This document shows positions 26,467 to 38,673 of a DNA stretch of 64,000 bases, piece after piece. Positions within the stretch are counted from its first letter, which is position 1; every line of letters starts with the position of its first letter. The notes under the pieces were generated by a model. It was not told where the DNA came from. It saw nothing but the letters and a program-made list of their open reading frames with translations, and searched no databases. Origin of the DNA: Sarea resinae (lineage: Eukaryota). Location of the stretch: assembly GCA_026026165.1 (NCBI GenBank), contig JAPEUD010000042.1, positions 124,001-188,000 of the forward strand, given 5' to 3'. The position numbers and the translations under genes are program-made.

Positions 26467-27875
26467 ATGTACGTCGCCGAACCAAGTCATCCTCCCTCGA
26501 AACCGCCTCCGCTGTCCGTGGGCCAATTCTCGTCTCCGACAAATATGGCGTCGAGTTCGGCCAATATGCTTCCGATCCCTCCACAGACGCCTCCGGGCCC
26601 ACAGTCGACGTCAACCATATCTGATGGCCGGATATACAGGTGTGTGATCTGAACCCCATCATCGCTGCTCAATTGCTCATATTGGCTCCAGCCTCGACGT
26701 CGTACAACAGCCGGTTCGAGCACGTATGTGCGGGTTCGGGGATAAGGTAAGGCGGTCATATCAGCTTTGAACTGTGGCGTAGACTGACACACCCGGTCTC
26801 ATGCAGGATCGACGGCCAATTACCCCACCGCCGTGCGTTCGATTGATCGTTCGAGATGCAGCTACCATGAAAGAACTTGATATCAAGTGCGTTTGTCTTG
26901 TAGACCTTTGAACAAAATGGAAAAGCTAAGACAAGACCGGCCACCAGTGAAATCGACATATCCTTCTACGTCCTCACCGTGGATCTCTGGTCCTCCGACG
27001 GCATGCGCGAAGTCAACCTCGTCCGCCATTCCGCCACCTCGCCCTCCATCTCAGCGGCAACCTCCTCTTCGTACCCGCCGCCCCCACAAACGCCCCCAGC
27101 CTCCGTCTACGCATACGCCCAAGCGCCACCACCGCCGCCACAAGGCCACTACCAGACGGGCGGCATGGGCGGCCACCAGGCCCAATTGCAAAATCACTAC
27201 GCTTATCACCCGCCCCCACCTCAGGCGTACTATCCGCAACACCCAAGCGCGCCCATCACCCCTATGACGCCCGCGTATTATCAGCCGGCGCTCCCCTCGC
27301 CGCAGCAACCACAGCCGCCTCCGCCGTCGGGCATGTTCACGAGGAATCTCATCGGCAGTCTAAGCGCCAGTGCGCAGCGCCTGGCTGATACGGGTGACAA
27401 GATTGGCGTCTGGTTCATCCTGCAGGATCTCTCTGTTCGTACAGAGGGCCAATTCCGGTATGGCTTTTTCTCCCTTGTCCTTGCACCCTCCCTCACCCTT
27501 GATATGCCCCTAATCCCCCTTGTCCCATCAATCCTTGCGTCGTGCGTTTCTCGCAGTTCCGAATTCCACCGTTCCACCGAGCGCCCAGCACATCTTTCTC
27601 AGCTTAACCAGACTGACATCACCTCCTTTGCTTCTAGTCTCAAAATGAATTTTGTAGACGTAGGCGAGCACGGGACTCTCAACACGGCGCGAGCGCCCGT
27701 CCTCGCCTCCACCTTCTCGGACGTCTTCCAGGTCTTCAGCGCCAAGAAATTCCCGGGCGTCATCGAGAGCACGAATCTCAGCAAGTGCTTTGCCACCCAA
27801 GGGATCAAGATTCCTATCCGCAAAGATGGGCCTAAGGCCCTCAGTAATCGCGAGGATTATGAGAATGACGATTAG
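26467..27875 (+). CDS. velB: Velvet-family regulator VelB
   Basis: VVQQPVRARMCGFGDKDRRPITPPPC, VNLVRHSATSPSIS, MFTRNLIGSLSASA, QDLSVRTEG, FSAKKFPGVIEST, QGIKIPIRKDG; split velvet domain typical of VelB. Introns 26640-26691, 26747-26806, 26887-26947, 27458-27637. Confidence 0.95.
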
Positions 27876-29076
27876 GGGTGAGAAGAACGAGGGGCTTGCT
27901 TCGTGCATGATTGAGCAGTAAGTGTGGGCGAGGCTTGGAGTGTGAGACGGGCTGCTGGTGTCTTCTTTTGGCACGAACTGAGGAGACGCTGGCTATCTGG
28001 CTCTAGATGAATAAGGGGCTGGCCATGCGTCGAATTTGCGTGATGTGTACGGAAGAAAAAGCCCCACCCCATTGAACCAGCTCTCATTACAAAAGCCAAC
28101 TTTTGCGAACGAACAAGCAACGAATCCGAACAACTAACGATCCAACCGACGACCAAACCTCCAAATCTCTAAACCCCACATCTCCACATCTCCACATTTT
28201 CGGGTCTTCAAAATCTCCACCTCTCCAACACAAAAGCTCGATACCAATCAAGCCAACAAGAATATGAAGAAGAGAAACAAATTCTAGAAGTTCTCTCTTG
28301 TTATAACTATCTTCCATCATCACCCCCATTATCAAGCACTGCTATCTCCACTAGCGCCACCATCACCATCACCATCACCACTACGAACCACATATCTCAC
28401 AAAATTCAACTCGCTCAACATCTCCTTTCCCTTCCTTTCCTTTACTTTGCTCCTCCGCCTTTTCTCATCTTTTGCTCAAACCTCCTAACCCCCTTTTTCT
28501 CCCCCAAAAAATCTCTGGGTCTTCTCCGGCGGGCAAGTCGGACGTGGCGTGTTTGGGAGGGGCGTTGTATAGGGGGGTTTTGCTTCCGGGCCTGCTTTTC
28601 CGCTATTACTGTCTTCTGTCTGTCTGTCCGTCTGTCTGTCTGCTGCTGCTGGGCTTTTGTTGTTTTCTTTGCTTTTTTCCCCTCCGGCTTCTGCTGAGTC
28701 TGATTTTGAAGATCCTTCTCAGGGTCGATATGGGGGGTTTCTGAGGTACTGATGTGGGGATGTGGGGATGTGGGACGTGAGCGATGGGAATGAGATAAGA
28801 TGCCATGTGAGCGATGGAAATGAGATGCCATGCATGCTATAAGATGCCATGCGATGCGACGAGAGTGAAACGAAGGAGGAAACGAATTCGGGCTACGGGC
28901 TCGGGGCGAAAAGTCGACGATTGGAGGGGGGGGCGGGGGGCATAGGGGGCATAGGGCCATAGATAAATAGCTAGATAGATAGATGGGGTGGGGTGGGGTG
29001 GGGTGGCGCACGTAACGTTGGAATGAATGTATTTCTAGGTTTTTTATTGGTTTGCCATTAGTTTTTGGATAGATGT

Positions 29077-29077
<1 letters not shown>

Positions 29078-29125
<48 letters not shown>
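29078..29125. repeat. (GAT)n microsatellite within a microsatellite-rich spacer
   Basis: 16 GAT units read directly. Confidence 0.95.
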
Positions 29126-29742
29126 AGTGGCAGTCTGTCAGTGGTCAGTTGGTCAGTGGTCAGTCGGTCAGTGAACGGTCGGGTAGTGCTTTGAATAAGT
29201 GAATGGGATATGGGATTTGGGATATGGTTACCCATCCTGTCTTGTCTTGGGCTTGCTGTATCTTGGCTTGTCCTGGCTTGGCTTGTCTTGTCTTGGCTCC
29301 TAAGGTGGAGGTAAGCTGACACTAAGGTGAGGTGAGGTGTGAGGTGAGGTGAGGGAAGGGAAGGGAAGGAAAGGTAAAGCGAGGTTGGTATATTATGTTA
29401 TTATTCTAGCTTCGGTAGCTAAGCTAAGCTAAGCTATGTGAGGAGCTTATAGTGCTAGAACTAGAGCTAGAACTTCCTCCTCAATTATTCTAGGGGCAGA
29501 AAGGAAAAGAAAGGGAGCAAAAAGAACAAGTAAAAAGGATCACGCCATCGACCTGGAGCTAGACGGCGGTAGTATTGATTATTATTATTATTATCCCGCC
29601 TTCTCGCTTTTCTTTTGATTGTGTTAGCCGTGTGCCCGTGTGCCCGTGTGCCCGTGTGCCCGTATGCTGCAAGCGCTCTGCTTGGATTGCTCGGGGTCCG
29701 GGATAAGATTTCGTGTGTTATGAGCTCTCTCCGCACGCTGTT

Positions 29743-32700
29743 TTAGATTTCTCTGTCATCGTTATCGTTGTGGTCGTCTTGGATGTCCATTTCGTCGTCT
29801 CGGGCACTTCTGGTCCTAGACCTGCTCTCAATAACTTCTTCCCCCTCTTCATCTTCATCTCCATCTCCATCTCCATCTGCATCTCGCCTCCCTTGACTCT
29901 CACCCTCTCTATCAATCGCCTCCATCCGAACGACAAACTCCTCCTGCAACCTCCTCAACCACCTGGCCAGCACACGGCCGCGCATGCCGCCCTCGCTAGC
30001 CTGCGTCAGCATCTCCCTCAGATTCAGCACCAGCACGCGCCGTCTCGCGACCTTGAAAGCAGCGGAATTCTTCTTCCTCGCGGCGGCGCGCCGGGTCAGC
30101 GTCGCGGAGACGGTGGTGGCGGTCTCGAGGATCGGGCCCGGGAGCGCGACGGTGCGCGCGAGAGCGAGGCCGTAGTGCGCTTGTGTCACGAGCCCGCTCT
30201 GGATCTTGTACAGCATTGTCATGGCGGCGTGGGGCGGGCCCGTCATCTCGACCGCGAGGTGCAGGTTCACGACGCCGTTCTTCTCGGCCATGATCGTGGC
30301 GAGGTCGCGGAAGTGGGTGGCGAACCAGACAAGGGCCTAGGTGTGAGAGAGAGAGAAAGAGAATGAGATATGATAAGAGAGAAGGGGCAGCTTCGAGATT
30401 TACATACTCGGCTCTCAACTAGGGCTTCTGCGACCGCCAACGAGATGGCTAGACCATCGCGGCTGCTGGTGCCTCGGCCGAGCTCGTCGATGATGATCCT
30501 AACGGTGCAGGCTCACGTTAGTGTAGGAAGCCATCTGCAACGGCAACGATACGGCCTACATGCTCCGCTTCTCGACGTTCCGAAGAATGAAAGCAGTCTC
30601 TCGCATTTCAGCCGCAAAGGTGGAGACATTGGCTTCAATACTATCGTCCATGGAGACTCTAGCGAACAGCTGATAAGAGATGGGGAATGATGCGTAATGA
30701 GCGGGAACACTGACGAGGGATCAGTAAAGCCAATGAGGAAGTGGAGGAGATAGACAAGCAGCCAATCTGAGCCATCACTGTCATCAAAGCCACAGATCGA
30801 ATGTAGGTGGATTTTCCTGCCCATCATCAGCTTTTGACACTCTGAGCTTGCTAAAGTAGGAGCCCACCACTCATGTTACATCCTGAATATACGCTTCTCA
30901 GCTATCGCTATCAATGCTACCAATGCCACGGAGACAAGACTGACCAGTGATTATTTGGAATCGCTTCTGTTGGGTAGCATACACATCATTTGGAATGAAT
31001 GGGTCGGAATGGATCTTTTCATGAATCGGGTGGCGGCCTGACTGAATAGCCAAGGTGTCCGTGAGCTCAGGCCGAACTTCGAAAATGGTAAGCTCCATCC
31101 CCTTAAACCCACAGGTCTAGCCTCTCACCATAATCTCGAGTTGTTATCAATTGAGCGAACGAGGCGATCTAGAAAATGTTAACACGCGAGACCAATGAGT
31201 AGCCAGGCACAAACCATGTCAAGCATAGCAACGCCTTCACAAATGCGGAACAATCCAGCTATCTCTTCGTGGATGTCCTCGATCAAGTCTTGAATAGTCT
31301 TATCGCCTTTGTCGATCAGAATAGTCCAACGGGGGTCGACCATACTTACTCATTAGCAGCACTTCGTTGTGCGAGTCAAGAATCTAGTCTGGTCAGCATC
31401 TTGCCTCAAAGCTTCAGTGCTCTTTGACCTTCTGATTGCGCTTGACAAGATCTAACGTTTGACACTCGATTGCCTGTCGCTTTCGGAAGGCGTTGATGAA
31501 CACAGGAGGCAGATCTCGATCCTCAAGTTCCGACGTAGCAATGCGGATGTAGAATTGATGTGCATTATCGTACTTCAGATCCAGAGCAATGCTATATTCG
31601 CGACCTAGATCAGAAACGAGCTCGTAAATATCGGCATTTGCTTCTTTATAAGTCTGCCTTGCTACATCTAAAAGACCATTGACGCCGGACTGTCTCGCGT
31701 GAGCAGGCCGTTCAAGCCATTGGAGAGTCAACCGACCTTGACGGCATAGGTTCGCTGGTTTCGAAGATCTAGAGGCTGGCTGGCATAAGTGACGTCTTCG
31801 TTGATCACATCGTTGATAAGCTCCGAGGCTTGCTCAATTTTCTCCGGTGCGCACAGCTGCTGTAAATCAGAAACAGAACCGTGCTACTAATTCTTTTCCC
31901 CTTACTTCTCGAATAGAGACAAGTAGCTCGGATGTTGCTCCCGTGAGAGCCTCGAAGACTGATGGGACACAGCCAACAAAGTGCTTCAGCATGATGACAT
32001 TATTCACCGACTGTTCCATGTACTGGACAGAGGGTCTGGTTGGAATGAGGATGAGCTGTGCAGTTTAGCCTTCGGAAGCTGTTACAGAGATCTCACTGCT
32101 TACAGCCGTCAGAAGACGATCCACGTCGGTGAAGGCTTTCAGAGCTGGGTAGCGTTAGCTTCGCCGCATGATTTGCAACCAGTGATAATGCGAGCCTTGT
32201 CTAGACCCAAGGAACATATCTTCCTTGCTGGTGAGCTCGCCCAGGGCAGCGTATCTTGCCAGTAGCGTTTCTTTCTCAGTCAGCGGTTGCAGTATGTTGC
32301 TTCTCAAAAGCCTTGAGCCCATTGGCGTGAGCGTTTCATTCAGGAAGCCAAACAAGCAATCCTTTGACTTTGCATTTTGCAGATTCTGAATCAACTCGAG
32401 AGATCGAATCGTAGACAGGTCAATCATCATCGAGCCCTCGGATGGCTCATATCTGATGCGTAGCGAATGGAAAGGGAAAGTGATAGAAAGCTCAATGTTG
32501 ACATATTTGAGAGCCTGGACCGGCGTTAGCCACAGATCAGTTGTCTTTCGCGCCACCACCTACGGCAGCAATGCAGCAGGTAGCAAAATAATTCCCCTCG
32601 ATGGAGACCTTGATCGCTTCAACGTCTTCAGCAAAGGCCAGTTGCTGGATATACTCGAGGCCACTTGATTCGGCCCAGTATTTGCGGTCGAGAGGTCTAA

Positions 32701-33142
32701 TTGAAATGTCGGGTAGGTTCCCCTCAATGATGGAGAATAGCTTAGACTTCGGATTTGCCGCGGTAGACATGATTAGGATTTCCGAAGGCTCAAAGACGCC
32801 CAGCTTGTGGAGAGTCCTGACATAGGTTTGACTATCACTGATCTGACAGAGAACCGCTTCCGCCGTCGAAAGATTCACAAAAGCAAGACCAACAGTAGGA
32901 GAAATGCCACGCGACTCGCTGACAGAACAAATGATCTGCTGTGAGCTGATGCCGCCAATGGACGAAGCAGACGTCCTAGGCCGCTGGCTGGTGGTGGGTC
33001 TTGTGCTCCTGTAGCTAGTGCCCGCACGAGAATACGAAGTCGTATACTCGTTTGAAGGATAGGAAGTGGAGGCAGAACGAGTTGTACGTGATGAATACGA
33101 AGTTGAGGCTCTCGGACGTGCTGCAGTCCCGCTTGGAGCCAT
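29743..33142 (-). CDS. MSH4: Meiotic MutS homolog 4
   Basis: ESRGISPTVGLAF, IDLSTIRSLELIQN, NGLLDVARQTY, Walker A IITGCNMSGKSTY, STFAAEMRETAFIL, Walker B IIDELGRGTS, FATHF. 14 introns: 32563-32515, 32195-32145, 32103-32056, 31905-31857, 31735-31690, 31428-31384, 31349-31307, 31214-31169, 31128-31077, 30944-30883, 30867-30817, 30755-30710, 30559-30499, 30407-30337. Confidence 0.93.
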
Positions 33143-33556
33143 GATATTTCGAATGATTCTGGTGTGTTAGCTGCTGCAGGTTAATTTCTCGACGAGAGTC
33201 GAAGAAGATGATCATCCATCTGATGTTGTTGATTCAAGCAACATTCAAGAAGTGAGAACTCGACAAACGTCTGACCATAGGTAGCCAGATCATCGATGGA
33301 CTCATGGCGATGAGATGAAATTGAGAAATCTGGCTGGGGCCCGGCCGAGTGTTGATATTGATATGCTGGGAGTACAGAGGTACCTGCGCTTATCGGCAGC
33401 GGGTAAGGCTGATAAGTGAATCTCGACTCGAAAATATGTTGGAAAATCGCAACGCGAGCCCCTCCACATCCAACGACGACATTCCCATGCACCTCCGCCC
33501 TTTCACCCCTCTATAATCACTCCAGCGGATGGGACAGTGACCAGCGGCTCCTCAAC

Positions 33557-35387
33557 ATGTCGACAGTCCTACCGCCGCCCAGTAAGCGCCAAAGAACGGC
33601 CACAGCGACAAAGGCCAGGGAACAACAGGAGATCGACAGCATCCCCCAGGATCTAGGGAGCATCCGCGTGCAATTTTTCGACCAAGCCACCGGCCAAGCC
33701 ACAGGACCGCCAGTATCCGTGCCAGTGGCAGATGCTTCTGTCAAGAACCTAGAGCTACTACTCAACACGCTTCAGGGGAACAATGTACGTGTCGTCCTGT
33801 TCTTGTCCTTACCGGGCCTTTTTGATCGCGACGATCGGAAGTTCATGGGCAGCTGTCACAGGCACGACGGGCTCGTTTCAGACACCAACATGCTAATGGA
33901 TCCAGGATTCCTCGGATCGAATACCTTATCGGTTCACCTACCGTCCCGACCTCCAAGATGCCCAGAGCACAGAAAGCGCTCTCGACATCCCGTCGGACCT
34001 CTACCACTCCATCCTGAAACCCGGCACCAAAACAACCGAAGACCTGATAAGCCTGCAATATACCCCTCAAGCAGTGTTCCGAGTACGAGCGGTCTCAAGA
34101 TGTTCGGCCGCCATCTCCGGCCACGGGGAAGCCATCCTAGCCACCCAGTTCTCGCCCGCATCGTCTTCGAAAATGGTGAGCGGCAGCGGCGACGCCACGG
34201 CGCGGATATGGGATTGCGATACAGGAACGCCCTTGCACACACTCAAAGGGCACACGAGCTGGGTGCTGGCCGTCAGCTGGTCGCCAGATGACAGCACCAT
34301 CGCCACGGGGAGCATGGACAACAGCGTGATCCTATGGAACGCCCGCACCGGAAAGCCCATCAGCAAGCCAATGAAAGGCCACACCAAATGGGTCTCCAGT
34401 CTCGCGTGGGAACCGTACCACCTCCAAGAACCGGGCCGGCCGCGGCTCGCCTCGGCGTCCAAAGACGCCACCGTCCGCATCTGGGACACGGTCTCGCAGC
34501 GCATCGAAACCGTGCTCAGTGGACACAAGGGCTCCGTCTCGTGCGTCCGATGGGGCGGCACGGGCTTCATCTACACGGCATCTCACGACAAGACGGTCAA
34601 AGTATGGCACGCCAAGGACGGCACGCTCGCACACTCGCTCAACGCGCACGCGCACTGGGTCAACCACCTGGCTCTCTCGACCGACTTCGTCCTGCGCACC
34701 GCGTACCACGACCACACGGGCAAGATCCCGGACTCGGACAGCGGGAAAGTAGCCAAGGCCAAAGAGCGGTTCGAAAAGGCCGCCACCATCAACAATACCG
34801 TCGTGGAGCGGCTTGTGAGCGCCAGCGACGACTTCACCATGTACCTGTGGGAGCCGTCCTCGTCGACTAAGCCCGTCGCGCGACTGATGGGCCACCAAAA
34901 GCAAGTCAACCACGTCACCTTTTCGCCCGACGGTCTCTTCATCGCGTCCGCCGGCTTCGACAACCATGTCAAGCTCTGGAACGCCCGAGACGGAAAGTAC
35001 GTTCCCCCTGCCCCCTCTTCCCCCCATCTCTACTCTTAGACCCTGCCCCTCCAAAAAAAAAAAGAAAACTAAATCAAGAGAGGAAACCTCAACCCTCCCC
35101 CCCCCTCCCCTTCCAAAACCAACTAACCCACTCCGCGCACCAGATTCATCTCCACGCTCCGCGGCCACGTCGCGCCCGTCTACCAATGCAGTTTCTCGCC
35201 CGACAGCCGGCTCCTCGTGTCCGCGTCCAAGGACACCACGCTCAAGGTGTGGGAGATCCGCACGGGCAAGCTGGCCATGGACCTGCCGGGCCACCAAGAC
35301 GAAGTCTACGCCGTCGATTGGAGCCCCGATGGCTTGAAGGTCGGCAGTGGGGGCAAGGATAAGGCGGTTAGGATCTGGAGGCAGTGA
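33557..35387 (+). CDS. RSA4: Ribosome assembly protein 4 / Notchless (NLE + WD40)
   Basis: MSTVLPPPSKRQR N-terminus, YTPQAVFRVRAVSRC, WD40 repeats (GHTSWVLAVSWSPD, AHAHWVNHLALSTD, GHQDEVYAVDWSPDG). Introns 33785-33905 and 34997-35143. Confidence 0.96.
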
Positions 35388-35799
35388 GGTGCAGCTGGGT
35401 GGGCGGGTGGACGGAGTGGGAAAGGATGGACAGGGGATGGGGGTGGTATGGAGGGATGGCATGAACGGGCTTGTGGCGCTGATGTCAATCTCAATATCGA
35501 CGTCAACTCCAACACCAACACCAACACACCAACCCAACCAGAAGCAGACCCACAAACCAAACAGACATGGAAGAGAAAATAAAAAAAAAATAAAAAAAAA
35601 CTCAAGACCCTGCCCTCTTGGATTCCTATAACCACCCCTCCTCGTGCCCGTCAAAGCGAGGGCGCCTGTTTATCTACCCATCTGTCTGTCGATCTATCTA
35701 CCCATCTACCTGTCTACCTGTCTATCTATCTATCTATCTAGCTCTCTGATGGCTCGGCTCATCACTCATCACCCAAGCGACACCCACCGTTTCGCACTG

Positions 35800-36085
35800 A
35801 TCGAGCTGAGTTCAGTGAGTGAGTGAGTGAGTAACTTGACCGAGTGCGCTCGAGTTGAGTGCGCCGAATTGGGTGCGTAAGTGAACGAGTTGAGTTGAGT
35901 GAACGAGTTCAGTAAATGAGTTGACTGAGCTGAGCCGAGCCGAGCCGAGCTGAGTGAGTGATATGTGAGTGAGCCGAGTGAAGGAGTGAGTTGAGTGAGT
36001 GGAACGAGTACACTGACTGAGTTGAGTGATATCCGAGTGAGTGATATGTGAGCTGAGCCGAGTGAGTGGAACCAGTAGATGAGTT
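35800..36085. repeat. Cryptic GAGT/GAGC-based simple satellite
   Basis: About 290 bp built from tgagt/gtgag/ccgag/ttgag units. Confidence 0.8.
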
Positions 36086-36424
36086 ATATATAAAGGCTAG
36101 CTATCTACTAAGCTAGGTAGCTGGAGCCTATATGCATTAGTATTCTAGATTTCTAGAGTTCTAGAGTTCTATGTTTTTGGGTTTCTAGATGGAGAAAGGG
36201 GGAGAAAGGGAAAAGGGGAAAGAATGGGATGGGGTTTTTTTGGGGCTCGCCGAGCGAAGGGAAGGAAGGAGGCAAGGACGGATGGAGTGAGGGATAAGGT
36301 TAGATATGTAGGTAGGTAGGTATGTATGTATGTCAGATATGTAGGGGGCCAGCTGTCCATCGCTTTCCGCTCCCCGTCTCACCCCGCCCTCAACACATCC
36401 CACCACCACCGCCGCCACGACAGC

Positions 36425-37359
36425 CTACTTCTCCACCACGTCCGTCTCACCCGGAACCCACCTCCTGCCGCCCTCAGCCTCCCTCCACCCACCCAGCCCC
36501 TCCTTCTTCCCCTGAACGCCCCTCTCCATGAACAAATACCTCAGCTCCGGCTGCGGACCGAAGCGGTCCTCGCCGCCGCCGACGCGCGCCGGCGACAGCT
36601 TCACGTCCTCGGTGGCCACGAACCCGTGTTTTTCGTACAGCCGCTGCCCGGGCATCGAGGCCTCCACGAAGGCCGGGATGTTGAGGGAGTCGGCCGTTCG
36701 GCAGCCCCAGGATACGAGCAGAGAGCCTGCGCCGCGCGCTTGGTGCGTTGGGGCGCAGAAGCAGAGGTCGAGCACTGTGGGTTTGAGAGAGGGAAAGTCA
36801 GCGTCTGGGTTGGTGGGGTGTTGAGTCTGACTCTTTGCTTTCTGGCTCTGGCACAATGGAGGAGGAGGAGGGAGAGAGACAGTAAGAGTAGACAGAGAGA
36901 GAAGAACGAGAAAGATTGGACGAAACGACGAGGTTGAGATGGGGTCGACAAGGATAGAGATCACTCACGCGCGTGCTTTCCCTTCATGCGCCGCGCCCTG
37001 CGTCCGACGAATTGATCCATGACCTCCTGGGCCCAGGCGCGCTCCTTGGAGCCTTCCTCGCCGACCCAATCCACGTTCACGTGGCCCTCGTGCCGCTTGG
37101 CCTCGTCCTCGTAGACGAACCATTTGGCGCCCGCCACGAGCGCGCCCGTGTCGTCGTCCGTCACCTTCAGGAACGTGGCGCCGCCCTCGGCCGCCATCGA
37201 CGACAGCTGTCGCCAGAGCGCCGTCGCGAGGTTGGCCGGCGTCGGCGGACCCGGGTAGATGATGTCGTGCAGCGGCTCCATCGGGTAGAAGGCACTGTAT
37301 TGTGCCTTGATGAGGCCGGGCATGTCTTGTGGGAGCGCGGGGGCGCAGCTGAGTGGCAT
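36425..37359 (-). CDS. GNAT-family N-acetyltransferase
   Basis: FLKVTDDDTGALVAGAKW, LDLCFCAPTHQARGAGSLLVSWG (acetyl-CoA motif A), FVEASMPGQRLYEKHGF. Intron 36968-36775. Confidence 0.88.
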
Positions 37360-38673
37360 CTTGGCGGCTTTGCTTGGGATTTGAGGGTTTTGATGATGAT
37401 GTGGTGGGTGAGGCGAAATCGAGGGTAGAGAGCGGGAACACTTCCAGAGGATCGTTGGAGGGCCTGGTGATGGTGAACTGCAGGCTCGAGTCTTGCTGCC
37501 GGGGGTAGAGAGTGAGGGATAAGGAAAAGAGAAACAGAGGGCGGGGAGCAGGTCGGGCGAATATATCACGGACAGAATCGATGATGCTGCGAGAAGTGAT
37601 ACCACCTGAGGCACCACTACCACTCCATGCCAATGCCAACCCCGCCGCCCCGCCCCGCCCCGCCCTACGTACGATACGGGCAACCTACGGAGTACTTCCA
37701 CTAGGTGCTCTACCCTGCCGTGCTCGACGTGCGACGGGCGACGGGCGACGGGCGAGGCGCGAGGTGCGAGGTGCGAGGACCAAACCGGTGGGGTTTCGCC
37801 CGAGGGACCCTATGCGTAATAAGTGGAGGGGCAGACACCCAAGCCTTCACTTAGGCGTGCGGCTATTCTCACCTTGGTTGGTCTGGGTCTGGGCGGAGTC
37901 AGTCTAGCTCTGTAGTACCTGATGTACTTCGTATGACGGCCTGTCGATGGCCATGCCAATCTGTCAATCGCCATCTTCGTGACTCTCTGAATTGGTCCAG
38001 AGTGAGCATTGAACTATATTTCCCCATGTCTGCCTGCTCTTCGTTATATCGAGTTCTCCAGGCTTTTTGTTTGGCGGGGGACGAGATTCGAGATGGGCGG
38101 GATGATCTGATCTCGGTGGGATCTTATCTATTGGCGAGTCAGTCGAGTCGAATCCACTGATTCCAGCTAGGAACCTTGATCGAGTTAGTATCCGGTGGCG
38201 GCCATCTCGCATGGCCTTGCCCGATTGATCCATCATCTTCAGAACCAGAAACCCGAACGAGAATCACTCTCTCAGCGCCTTTGCACTGCTCTGCTCCGGT
38301 ATAAGATGGACAAGCAGGAAGGGTTCGAGAGGAGATTAGACACTGCATTGCGGTTCTACTTGGCGATAGCGGAATGCGTATTATGCATACACGAATGACA
38401 TACTTGCTGGAGAGTCGGGCCATCTGATATAGATATGAGTCCGATTCCAAGTATACAGGCACGTTCTGTGTGGTGTTGATATACTGGCAGTCAATCAAAG
38501 GGTAAAGTGGATCTGTCTGTACACACGCGACGGAAAAACAACGAAAAGATCCCATCGCACATGTCCCCCTCCCCCGAAACGCCTGTGATTCAGAGACACT
38601 CGTACAATCAACAGTAAATCATTGACGCCTCCAAACTCTCCTCCCCAAGCCGTCAACGAGTAAGGAGATCTAT

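Noticed and set aside
34332..35654. 440-aa minus-strand ORF
   Set aside because: Antisense to high-GC3 RSA4; long shadow ORFs are expected there.
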